From Clostridia bacterium (GTDB lineage Bacteria > Bacillota > Clostridia > Christensenellales > UBA1242), in assembly GCA_017478185.1 (NCBI GenBank), contig JAFVEA010000009.1, positions 261,264 through 325,263 on the forward strand: 64,000 nucleotides of DNA, in the 5' to 3' direction. Of this stretch, positions 25,705-34,559 are shown one piece after another. The number at the start of each line of letters is the position of its first letter. The stretch's first letter is position 1. The position numbers were made by a program, and so were the translations under genes. A model generated the notes under the pieces. It saw nothing but the letters and a program-made list of their open reading frames with translations, did no database searches and was not told the DNA's origin.

Positions 25705-26968
25705 GATAAAATGTGGTAAAAAAGATGAAAATCTTTTTACTTGGATTAATGGAAAAGTTCAAAGTATTCAAAAAAAATGGCTTGTGATTTTGTTATCAAT
25801 TGTAATTAATCTGCTGATGTGTTTTTTATTGGCTGGATTTTATTTTTTGCCATTTATTAATTATAAATCTTTAGCTTTAAAAATAATTTTTGGGGTTATT
25901 TGGATATTTGGAGCTGTGTGTATGGCACTTATATATTTCTTTAATAAGAAATCGGATAAAGAGCATTTATTGGCTCATATTATAACAACAATATTTTTTG
26001 TTATAACTTTTGGTTTAATTTTTGTTCATAATAATATATTTTCATTTGGAACAATCTCTTCAGTTCTAACAATAATATTGTTTATCTTTTTTCTATTAAT
26101 TGGGGTCATTAGTTTATTAGTTGTTGCTAAAAATGATAAAAAGATATTTATTCAAGCATTAATACTGTTTGTGGTAGGCTTTTTGTTGTTTTGCTTTTTT
26201 TATGGTGCATTAATAAACACTTCAGTTGATGAGAGTATTAGAAAGTATATAGCTATTGCTAGCTTTTTTGCTTTGGTTGCATTAATACTTGGATTTTACA
26301 TGAACTATTTATTTAAATCGGATAAATATAGGTATACTTACATTTTCTCAGGGTTGTTTTTGGGGATAATCGTTATTTTATTTTTTATTTCTTGGATTAT
26401 ACATTATTTTGATAATAGTATTTCAATTATGGGAGTGTTTGTTCAGTTTTTTGCTTCGGCTATAGCTGGAGGATTAACAGTTTTTGGTGTTGCCTTAACT
26501 ATTAAGAATGGTGAAAAAGAAAGAAAATATGAAGAAAAAAATAAAATTAAGCCATATTTAAAAAATTTTTATATGACAAATTCAGATATAGATAATGTTA
26601 CTAATAAAAGTATAGAAATAAATAAAAACAAGAATTATAAGAAACAATCGTTTAAGATGTATCTACAAAATATAAGTGATGCAATAGCTATTATAAATGG
26701 ATTAGTTATTTATAATGAATACTATACTATTGGTAATATTGTATTGGAAAAGAATGCTAAAGTCCGAATAGATGTTGATTATTTTAAGGAAAAAATTGAA
26801 ATTTTGAAAGAAATAAAAATTATTGCATCTGATATACAGGAGAATTATTATGAGTTTGATATGTTATCTGACAATATTTGTGAAAAATCCCAATGTGAAA
26901 ATATTTCAATAGGTTTACCCGTTGAAATAAAAAATGCTGATGCATTAATAAATAAAAAAATCAACTAA
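25655..26968 (+). CDS. polytopic membrane protein (about 9-10 TM) with soluble C-terminal domain
   Basis: Successive hydrophobic helices between residues 40 and 290, then a 150-aa hydrophilic tail. An alternative start at 25685 (MKKMKDE) overlaps the upstream gene. Confidence 0.6.
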   Translation: MVLKERCIKRMKKMKDEIKCGKKDENLFTWINGKVQSIQKKWLVILLSIVINLLMCFLLAGFYFLPFINYKSLALKIIFGVIWIFGAVCMALIYFFNKKSDKEHLLAHIITTIFFVITFGLIFVHNNIFSFGTISSVLTIILFIFFLLIGVISLLVVAKNDKKIFIQALILFVVGFLLFCFFYGALINTSVDESIRKYIAIASFFALVALILGFYMNYLFKSDKYRYTYIFSGLFLGIIVILFFISWIIHYFDNSISIMGVFVQFFASAIAGGLTVFGVALTIKNGEKERKYEEKNKIKPYLKNFYMTNSDIDNVTNKSIEINKNKNYKKQSFKMYLQNISDAIAIINGLVIYNEYYTIGNIVLEKNAKVRIDVDYFKEKIEILKEIKIIASDIQENYYEFDMLSDNICEKSQCENISIGLPVEIKNADALINKKIN

Positions 26969-26986
26969 GGATTATTTTTGTAATGT

Positions 26987-27018
26987 AAAAGCCCACCTGA
27001 AATAGGTGAGCTTTTTAT
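26987..27018 (+). terminator. Rho-independent terminator
   Basis: GCCCACCT-N5-AGGTGAGC followed by TTTTT. Confidence 0.55.
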
Positions 27019-27020
27019 TT

Positions 27021-27096
27021 TGGAGCTAGCGATCGGACTTGAACCGACGACCTCCTCGTTACCAACGAGGTGCACTACCGACTGTGCTACGCTAGC
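27021..27096 (-). tRNA. tRNA-Thr (anticodon GGT), CCA encoded
   Basis: Manual cloverleaf: GCTAGCG/CGCTAGC acceptor, anticodon arm CCTCG-TTGGTAA-CGAGG, T-arm GTCGG-TTCAAGT-CCGAT. Confidence 0.85.
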
Positions 27097-27180
27097 ATAT
27101 TTTATTAAAAATAGGGTATGGATTTTAGTAAATTTTAACTTTCATTTTGTTGAATAATTTTTGTCTCTTTCAATAAATTT

Positions 27181-27212
27181 TTGTACTTTTTTGTACTTTT
27201 TTTTGTACTTTC
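27181..27212. repeat. three direct TTGTACTTT(T/C) repeats
   Basis: Copies at 27181, 27191 and 27203, between the intact tRNA-Thr and the truncated copies. Confidence 0.6.
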
Positions 27213-27304
27213 TCAAAAATGGCCTTTTTGGGCATTCTTTGGAAGTGCCTTAAAATAAGGCTTTTTTCATGCGCCGCGTTAAATTATTTTCATTTGCGAT
27301 CTTC

Positions 27305-27500
27305 CTTACCAAGGTGGTGCTCTACCCCTGAGCCACAGTAGCATACGATAAAAATATTAAATTGTGAAAGTTAGACCTAGTGGCTTACCAAGGTGGTGCT
27401 CTACCCCTGAGCCACAGTAGCATACGATAAAAATATTAAGTTGTGAAAGTTAGACCTAATGGCTTACCAAGGTGGTGCTCTACCCCTGAGCCACAGTAGC
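27305..27500 (-). repeat. three tandem 79-bp units, each containing the 5' ~38 nt of a second tRNA-Thr(GGT)-type gene truncated in the anticodon loop
   Basis: The reverse complement is GCTACTGTGGCTCAGGGGTAGAGCACCACCTTGGTAAG at 27342-27305, 27421-27384 and 27500-27463. No matching 3' half follows any copy. Confidence 0.8.
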
Positions 27501-27805
27501 ATAATAAATTATAAATTTATATTTTTATCTTAGGTCGCTTTTATATGATAATATAAAAGAATAAAAAAGTCAATTATATTTTAATTATTTAATACTTTTG
27601 AATTAATAAGTGTGAAAATTTGCGAAAAATTTTAAAAAGTTTTTATAAATAAAATACTTTTTAGTTGATATATTTCTTGTTTTTTTAATATAATCCTTCT
27701 AATGCGACTAAAAGTATGATTATGGATGTTAAAATTATATAAAACATAAAGAGATAAGTCAAGAGAAAGAAAAAAGGGCAGCGATTGCCCTTTTTTGCAT
27801 GGTCT

Positions 27806-28687
27806 TTATTTTTTCTGTTTCTTTTCTCTTTCGATAAGTCTTAATAAATATTTTCCATAATCTGATTTTGATTGTTTTTTAATGAGATTTTCAAGACCTA
27901 TTTTATCGATAAATCCTTGTTTAAAAGCTATTTCTTCAATACATCCAACATAGTGTGATGTGGCCTGCTGAACGGCATCAATATAAATAGATGCTCTTAA
28001 AATAGACTTATGAGTTCCAACATCCATCCAAACAACATCGTTGTCCATTTCATTAAGCTTTATTTGCTTTCTTTTTATGTATTCATTAATAACGCTTGTT
28101 ATCTCAAGTTCGCCACGCTCGGATGGCTTAACATTTTTTGCAATCTCACTAACAGTGTGGTCAAAAAAATATAAACCAGTTATTGCTAAGTCTGATTTTG
28201 GATTTTGTGGTTTTTCTTCAACCTCAACAACTTTATCTCCACTTAAAACAGCAACCCCAAAGCGTTCTGGGTCTGCAACATGATATCCATAAATCTCAGC
28301 GCCTTTTGTGAGCTTTGCGCTGTTTTTTAATTGTTTAACAAGGCTGTTTCCATTATAAAGGTTATCTCCTAAAATTAAACAAACACTATCATCACCAATA
28401 AACTTTTCTCCAATAATAAAAGCATCGGCAATTCCTCTTTGAACTTTTTGAACCTCAAAGCTTAAATTTATTCCAAGAGCGCTTCCATCTCCTAAAAGCA
28501 TTTTATATTTATGCAAATCTTTTTCGCTGCATATAATTAAAATATCCTTTATACCCGCTTGCATAAGAGTTGAAAGTGGGTAATATATCATTGGTTTATC
28601 ATAAACAGGGAGTAGGGGCTTGCTTATAGCTAGAGTTAGGGGAGCGAGCCTTGTTCCATTTCCTGCGGTTAAAATTATTCCTTTCAT
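27806..28687 (-). CDS. rfbA: glucose-1-phosphate thymidylyltransferase
   Basis: MKGIILTAGNGTRLAPLT and overall RmlA-like sequence. Confidence 0.9.
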   Translation of the reverse strand: MKGIILTAGNGTRLAPLTLAISKPLLPVYDKPMIYYPLSTLMQAGIKDILIICSEKDLHKYKMLLGDGSALGINLSFEVQKVQRGIADAFIIGEKFIGDDSVCLILGDNLYNGNSLVKQLKNSAKLTKGAEIYGYHVADPERFGVAVLSGDKVVEVEEKPQNPKSDLAITGLYFFDHTVSEIAKNVKPSERGELEITSVINEYIKRKQIKLNEMDNDVVWMDVGTHKSILRASIYIDAVQQATSHYVGCIEEIAFKQGFIDKIGLENLIKKQSKSDYGKYLLRLIEREKKQKK

Positions 28688-28953
28688 TTGTGTTTCTCCT
28701 TTTAAAATTATTTTAATTTATTTTTTAAAAATAGTCAATCAAAAAGCTAAAATAATAATTTAAAATTGATTATTATTTAGGTTTTAAAATAATATAAAAA
28801 AACACTTTAAAAAAGTGTTTTTAAAAAGTATATTTATTTTAGAACGAATAATTGCACAAATAGATATATGCCCGCAATGGCACAAACAATTGTTTCAGTC
28901 ATAATTTTTTACCTCTTTTAACGATTTTATTATACCATAAAATTATAAAAAAG

Positions 28954-29697
28954 TCAATATGTGCGTTTATAGTCTATGTTGGCTTTTTTTGCTTGTTCAT
29001 ATTCTTTGTAGTGATTTATCTTATAAGTTTTGCCGTCTTTAACAAAGTTTGAGCCAGTTTGGTGAAATGAAAAACTCACATTTTGCCTTACGCATTGTTC
29101 TTTTAGTGACAACACCCAATCAAAGTTGCAAACTCTGGCGTTATCATAACTTTCGCCACCAACCAAAACTCTTTCTATTTGTCCAGAACTTAAATATTCT
29201 TCAATATCAATGGGCTCCAAAATAGGGGCGATAAAAATTTCTTTATGTTTTATGGGAAGACTTAAAAGTATGGGCACTCTTTTGTCTGCTAAAATTTGGT
29301 TTTCAACAGAAACTGCAATAGAAACATTATCATATCCATGGCTCCAGTCTTTCGGAACGCTTTGCAAAAATCTGTTTAGTCTTTTGGTTGGAATCAAAAA
29401 ATGTAAATCGGGGCGCTTACGGATTATATCCCAGGCATCTTGTCTCCACAAGTCTGCTTCTTCAATAAAAAAATCAGAGGTAAAACAAGTGGCAACCTCA
29501 CTTCCAGAAGGAATTGTGTATTGCCTATTTCTGTTTAACCTTATTGGCATATTAAAGTTTGTGATATTCCGACTAACAATATTAGAGTCCTTTTTAAACT
29601 GCTTGTCTAAATATTCCACATAACAGTTTTGGCAACCGGGGCTAACTTTATGGCAACCGTGCCACGGACTCCACATAAAACTTTTTTTTTCTTCCAT
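28954..29697 (-). CDS. DUF5131 (phage Gp37/Gp68-like) family protein
   Basis: WSPWHGCHKVSPGCQNCY N-terminal signature. Start moved to MEEKK. Confidence 0.65.
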   Translation of the reverse strand: MEEKKSFMWSPWHGCHKVSPGCQNCYVEYLDKQFKKDSNIVSRNITNFNMPIRLNRNRQYTIPSGSEVATCFTSDFFIEEADLWRQDAWDIIRKRPDLHFLIPTKRLNRFLQSVPKDWSHGYDNVSIAVSVENQILADKRVPILLSLPIKHKEIFIAPILEPIDIEEYLSSGQIERVLVGGESYDNARVCNFDWVLSLKEQCVRQNVSFSFHQTGSNFVKDGKTYKINHYKEYEQAKKANIDYKRTY

Positions 29698-29826
29698 ATG
29701 CTTTATTATACCACATAAAAAATGCAAAATAAAGACCTATTTTTAATTTTTTTTGATTTTATGTGGGCAAAATAATTTTACACTTTTTCACATTTATTGC
29801 TTTAAAAGTTATAAAAAATATACGCT

Positions 29827-30279
29827 TTATAGCTCTTTTTTCATTTTTATATCATAAGAGCCAGAGCAAAAATGTCTTTCATATTCTACAAAACCTCGTT
29901 TTTGCCACATTTTTATGGCATCCTTGAAGTCTAAATTTGAGATTAAGTTTAAGTGTTTAATATTTAAAGATTTTAAGTCTTTTAAAACCATATCATATAT
30001 TTTTGAGTTTAGCTTTTTCCCTTGATAACTTTTTAGAGTGTAGAACAAGCAAAGTTCAGCTTTAGCATCATCCAAAATTTTATATCCGCCACAGCAAACT
30101 GGGTTGTTATCATTTAAAATTATATATAATTTGTTTTTAGAATTTTCAAAACAAGAAAAATCAAGCTCTTGATAATATTTTAGCCAAACATCATCGTGGT
30201 TAAAGTCCTCAACAGCCACTTTTATAATCATATTTCTTAAACTTTCTGTATCATTTTTGTTAAACGTCCTATATTCCAT
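29827..30279 (-). CDS. GNAT-family N-acetyltransferase
   Basis: 150 aa with an acetyl-CoA-binding-like YQGKKLNSKIYD. Confidence 0.6.
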   Translation of the reverse strand: MEYRTFNKNDTESLRNMIIKVAVEDFNHDDVWLKYYQELDFSCFENSKNKLYIILNDNNPVCCGGYKILDDAKAELCLFYTLKSYQGKKLNSKIYDMVLKDLKSLNIKHLNLISNLDFKDAIKMWQKRGFVEYERHFCSGSYDIKMKKEL

Positions 30280-30437
30280 AAAAATACCTCTTTGATATAA
30301 ATTTAAGCAAAGCTTTTTAAAAAGTCAACAAAAACAAAATATAATTTTTAAATAAAAGCATTATTGTTTTTATTGCAAAAAAGCAAAATTTGTGCTATTA
30401 TGAACTTAGTTAAATATTTTTTATTTAATTAAACTAT

Positions 30438-30525
30438 GGACAGATGGTCGAGTGGTTTAAGGCACACGCTTGGAAAGCGTGCGATGTGAAAGCATCCGGA
30501 GGTTCGAATCCTCTTCTGTCCGCCA
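30438..30525 (+). tRNA. tRNA-Ser (anticodon GGA)
   Basis: Class II tRNA with a long variable arm, anticodon arm CACGC-TTGGAAA-GCGTG, CCA encoded. Confidence 0.85.
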
Positions 30526-30737
30526 ATAAAATTCAGCTAAGGCAAAGAGGATTCGAACCCAAGGGTTCCCACCGCAAACGATGTTTGCTTTCTGGCCGGG
30601 TGAAGCCTTTGGCGTTCACCCCGCTTTAGCTAAAACAGCCCACTGGGCTGTATTTTTAACGCAAAGCGCCTCTTCTGTCCGCCAGTAAAGTTAAGCTAAG
30701 GCGAGGAGGATTCGAACCCAAGGGTTCCCACCGCAAA
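30510..30737 (+). repeat. direct ~69-nt duplication of the tRNA-Ser 3' end plus downstream sequence
   Basis: CCTCTTCTGTCCGCCA...GCTAAGGC.A.GAGGATTCGAACCCAAGGGTTCCCACCGCAAA at 30510-30578 and 30669-30737. Confidence 0.75.
30635..30657 (+). terminator. Rho-independent terminator inside the duplicated interval
   Basis: ACAGCCC-ACT-GGGCTGT followed by ATTTTT. Confidence 0.6.
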
Positions 30738-30802
30738 TTTTGTTTATCAACAAAAATAATAATAGTATTTTTGCTTATTTTTGTTTTTAGGAGGAAATAT
30801 AA

Positions 30803-31486
30803 ATGTTAATTGAAAATGAAATATTTTTAAGATGTGACAAAGAAGATATCGTTAATGGAGTGGTTACCATTCCAGAAGGTGTTTTAGAGATTGGAGAAAA
30901 TGTTTTTAGAGAGCGAGAAGATATACAAAAAGTTGTTTTGCCAGAAGGAATGAAAAAAATAGGATTTTTTTCTTTTTATAGATGCAAAAATTTAACTGAA
31001 ATAAATTTGCCAGAGAGCATTAGAGAAATTGAGCCGGTTGCTTTTTCGGGGTGTGGAAAGTTAAAAAACATTAAGTTACCCAAAAATTTAAAGAGCTTGG
31101 GTGATAGCAGTTTTGACTGCACTGCAATAGAGCAAATTGAAGTTCCAAATGTTAACGTTATTTTAGAAGGAACTTTTGCTGGTTGCAAAAATTTAAAGGA
31201 AGTAAAACTTAACGATAATATAGAAGATATTTGCTTTTCTGCGTTTGTGGGTTGTGAAAAATTGGAATCAATTAAATTTCCAGAAAATTTAAAAAAGATT
31301 GAATTTCAAGCATTTAAGGAGTGTAAAAGCTTAACAAAAATTAAAATCCCAAAAAATGTGCAAGAAATTGAATATGAAGCCTTTGCTGATTGCACAAATT
31401 TAACAAAAATAATAATACCCAAAAATGTTAAAATTGGAGAAGATTGTTTTAAGAATTGCCAAATATCATCTTATGAGGAATATTAG
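30803..31486 (+). CDS. BspA-type leucine-rich-repeat protein (no signal peptide)
   Basis: Repeated I-x-I/L-P-x-x-V/L-x-x-I-x-x-x-A-F-x-x-C-x-x-L units. Confidence 0.75.
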   Translation: MLIENEIFLRCDKEDIVNGVVTIPEGVLEIGENVFREREDIQKVVLPEGMKKIGFFSFYRCKNLTEINLPESIREIEPVAFSGCGKLKNIKLPKNLKSLGDSSFDCTAIEQIEVPNVNVILEGTFAGCKNLKEVKLNDNIEDICFSAFVGCEKLESIKFPENLKKIEFQAFKECKSLTKIKIPKNVQEIEYEAFADCTNLTKIIIPKNVKIGEDCFKNCQISSYEEY

Positions 31487-31623
31487 TTTTAAAAATTTAT
31501 ATGTTTTAAAGAAAGTTGTTTTTATAATGAAACCTTAGTCCAATACAAGTTATTTAGGATTGGGGTTTTTATTTTTTTGTATAAATAATTTCTTTTTGTT
31601 AATTATTTTTATTGGAGGTAAAA

Positions 31624-32865
31624 ATGAATCCATTAAATGTTAAAACAAAAGATATAAATGATTATTTTTTGAGTTTAGAAAAATCTTATCCAAAAGCGTA
31701 TAACAAGAAAAAAACTGGGCCATACACAAAATGCAGGGTAATACTCATGAATGGTGCGGAATATGAATCTGTGTGGTTTATGCATCAATTTGCTAGGCAT
31801 TGTGATAATGATGAAATTTTGGAAGCACTTTCTATCGTTAGAAAACAAGAACAACAACAGCAAAAAAGGATTGCCTGTTTAAAGCCAATAAATGAAAGTA
31901 TTTTAGAAACAACAATCGCTTATGAACAACTAGCGGTTGATTTAACAGCGTGTCTTGCTAAATACGAAAAAGATGAAAACATTAAAAAAGCATTGGATTT
32001 TGCTCTTCTTGAAGATTTTGACCACTTATACAGGTTTTCAAATCTTTTAAAAATTGATAAAAATATTGATGCAAAAACGCTTGTTGGGGGATTTACAGAA
32101 ATAACGCCCGCAAGACCCACAATTTCAGAGCATAGATATCCAACGCAAGATTTAAAAAAGCATATGGATGCAAAAAAATCTAATTTATATTCAAAACTTG
32201 TTGCGGGGATTATTACTGCTGCAGAACAACAAACGATGAATTATTATATGAATATTGCAGAGTGGTATAAAAATGATTTGGGCAGAAAGTTATATAGTGA
32301 AATTGCGATGATTGAAGAAGAACATGTTTCTCAATATGAAAGTTTAAAAGACCCAAATTGCACTTGGCTTGAACAATGGGTTTTGCATGAATACACTGAA
32401 TGCTATTTGTATTATAGTGCAATGCAAACAGAAACAGATGAATATATTAAAAAAATATGGACAGAACACTTTGATATGGAATGTGCACATTTAAAAATTG
32501 CTTGTTCTCTTCTTGAAAAATTTGAAAAAAAATCTTATTCAAGTGTTGTTGGCAATGGGGACTTTCCGGAGCCACTTAATCTTGGCACAAACAAAGAATA
32601 TATTCGTGAAGTTCTTAAAAACACAGTTTCAAACACAACTTTAAACAAAACATATTTAAATATTTGTGATTTACCAAAAAATAATTTGTTTGAGTTTTAT
32701 CAAAATGCTGTTGTGGATGAAAAAACAACGCCAAGCCACTTGGTGATTGAAAAATCTATTGATATGTTTAAAAAAGATTATAGATATGAAGACTCCCCAA
32801 ATCCTATCAAAGAACTGCAAAATAGAAAAATAGATAACACAACTTTGGGAAGAAAATGCAAATAG
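31624..32865 (+). CDS. ferritin-like/di-iron-motif protein
   Basis: Paired E...ExxH-like motifs (LEDFDHLY, EEEHVSQY). Start moved behind GGAGG. Confidence 0.4.
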   Translation: MNPLNVKTKDINDYFLSLEKSYPKAYNKKKTGPYTKCRVILMNGAEYESVWFMHQFARHCDNDEILEALSIVRKQEQQQQKRIACLKPINESILETTIAYEQLAVDLTACLAKYEKDENIKKALDFALLEDFDHLYRFSNLLKIDKNIDAKTLVGGFTEITPARPTISEHRYPTQDLKKHMDAKKSNLYSKLVAGIITAAEQQTMNYYMNIAEWYKNDLGRKLYSEIAMIEEEHVSQYESLKDPNCTWLEQWVLHEYTECYLYYSAMQTETDEYIKKIWTEHFDMECAHLKIACSLLEKFEKKSYSSVVGNGDFPEPLNLGTNKEYIREVLKNTVSNTTLNKTYLNICDLPKNNLFEFYQNAVVDEKTTPSHLVIEKSIDMFKKDYRYEDSPNPIKELQNRKIDNTTLGRKCK

Positions 32866-32966
32866 TATAAATTAAATATATAACAAACTTTAAAAAATGT
32901 TTTACATTGATGTAAAATTTAGGGGTGATGTTATGAAAAGTATGGTTTTTAAATAAGAGCTTTTTT

Positions 32967-33221
32967 GAGATTCTCACGTCGGCTACTAAAGTGCCTCCTT
33001 AAGAATGCCTTGAGGCGAAAGCCGAAAGTTTGGTGCTGCGCTGCCCGCTTTGAACTGATTTTTAAATCGCCAATCTAGCAATGTTACACTTTTAACAAAA
33101 GCAATATGAGATTCTCACGCTTCGTGCCTCTGGCACTACGCTCAGAATGACACATCACCACTAGTCATTGCGAGCGAAGCGTGGCAATCTCTATTTTTTT
33201 CATACAATTTATAACATCACC
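32967..33221. repeat. dispersed composite palindromic repeat, copy R1
   Basis: Modules GAGATTCTCACG-hairpin-CTCAGAATGAC, GTCATTGCGAGCGAAGCGTGGCAATCTCT, AATGCCTTGAGGCGAAAGCCGAAAG, and terminal TTCATACAATTTATAACATCACC. Confidence 0.75.
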
Positions 33222-33374
33222 TTTCAATGAACAAAAATTAGTGGAAACAAGCTTGTTTGTTTTTATGAGTTTTGTGAAATTGATTGAATTTTGCAAAAAT
33301 TCAAACTTCGGAGCAGGTTCAAGTCATTTTTTATAAAATAAAAAATCCATAATTCATTCGAATTATGGACTGCT

Positions 33375-33450
33375 TGGCTCCTCAAGCAGGACTTGAACCT
33401 GCGACCTGCCGGTTAACAGCCGGATGCTCTACCAACTGAGCTATTGAGGA
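33375..33450 (-). tRNA. tRNA-Asn (anticodon GTT)
   Basis: Cloverleaf with anticodon arm TCCGG-CTGTTAA-CCGGC, CCA encoded. A terminator hairpin lies at 33343-33372. Confidence 0.85.
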
Positions 33451-33631
33451 ATAAGTTGGTAGTTTAAAAAAAACTATATAAATCCCAAACGGATTATGAA
33501 AGTATTTTAGCAGATTTTTTTTAAAGTGTCAATAAAAAATAGATATATTTATAAAAAATTTTTATTAAAGCCATAAAATAACCTTTACTTTTTTTAAAAA
33601 ACTAGTTATACTTAAAAGAAAAGGGAAGACT

Positions 33632-34213
33632 ATGGAAAAATTTAAGAGTAAAATTGGAACAATAACATTTTTGTTGTTCTTGATTATTGGATTTGTTGAT
33701 TTAATTTTGTTAATGCTTTGGGGAATTTATGATATCTGGATTCCGTTTTTGGTTTACACCATACTTTTTATAATTTTTGTTATTCCGCCATATTTTTTCA
33801 CATCATATTCATTAACAAAAGATTATTTAGAGATAAATTGTTTGTGGATTGCAATAAAAAAGAAGATTAAATATGAAGATATAGTTTCAGTAACTCCTTG
33901 CAATTGCTCTAAGATTTCAGCAAAACTTTGCAGTGAATGCATAAGAGTTGTTTATATAAAAAGAGGCAAAACAAAAGAAATTTTTATATCTCCAGCAATG
34001 TATGACCGCTTTGTTAACTTTTTAACAGACAATGTTTTGAGCAGTGTGGTTATAAATGATAGTGGTGAAGAAAAATCCACTTTTAATGAAGACGCAAAAC
34101 AAAAACAAATAAAAGCAGAAAAGCTTAAAGCAGATAAAAAAGTTGTGCTAAAAAACAAGCAAGATATTAAACAAAAAACACGAAAAACAGTGAAAAAGAA
34201 AACAATAAAATAA
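33632..34213 (+). CDS. membrane protein with Lys-rich C-terminal tail
   Basis: Two N-terminal TM helices. Confidence 0.55.
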   Translation: MEKFKSKIGTITFLLFLIIGFVDLILLMLWGIYDIWIPFLVYTILFIIFVIPPYFFTSYSLTKDYLEINCLWIAIKKKIKYEDIVSVTPCNCSKISAKLCSECIRVVYIKRGKTKEIFISPAMYDRFVNFLTDNVLSSVVINDSGEEKSTFNEDAKQKQIKAEKLKADKKVVLKNKQDIKQKTRKTVKKKTIK

Positions 34214-34307
34214 TAGTTTAAGTGTTAAAAAACAGAGAAATAGAAAGTATTTTTCTGTTTTTTTTATTTATTTTTTAACTACCCCTATTGACTCAGGTGC
34301 GGGGGAG

Positions 34308-34380
34308 TGGTATTATGACACCGATAACACAACAATTATAGAAAAAGTTGTTTCTGCTTAAAAAATGTTTAAATTTCGGG
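34308..34380 (+). pseudogene. orphan 3'-terminal fragment of an LRR-lipoprotein paralog
   Basis: A 73-nt stretch identical to 36141-36213, the last 17 codons plus stop and 3' UTR of the gene ending at 36194. Confidence 0.7.
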
Positions 34381-34559
34381 ATACTAGTTTAATTATTAAA
34401 CAAAATTAGATAAAAAATAAGAAAAGATAAATTTTTATCAAATATTTGTCGCCAATTTGTTATGAAAAACTCATAAAAAGTTATTTATAAGAATTTTTTA
34501 TATGCCAAAAACTTTGCTAAAAAATAGCAAAGTTTTTTTAAATTTTTTGCTTTCAGTTA

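Noticed and set aside
27305-27500. Regularly spaced 79-bp repeats considered as a CRISPR array
   Set aside because: The repeat units are contiguous with no unique spacers. The conserved part is a tRNA 5' half, and no cas genes are present.
28777-28902. 41-aa hydrophobic minus-strand ORF with an AAGAGGT SD (MTETIVCAIAGIYLICAII...)
   Set aside because: It is plausible as a small membrane peptide, but its 3' part runs through a terminator-like hairpin and nothing corroborates it.
30541-30580. GAGGATTCGAACCC box (also GAGGGACTCGAAC at about 39905) considered as reverse-strand tRNA genes
   Set aside because: The T-stem and acceptor pairings do not close and no cloverleaf can be drawn. They are treated as tRNA-derived or tRNA-like boxes within the inserts.
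30444-30629. Listed 61-aa ORF
   Set aside because: It reads through tRNA-Ser and its duplicated 3' flank.
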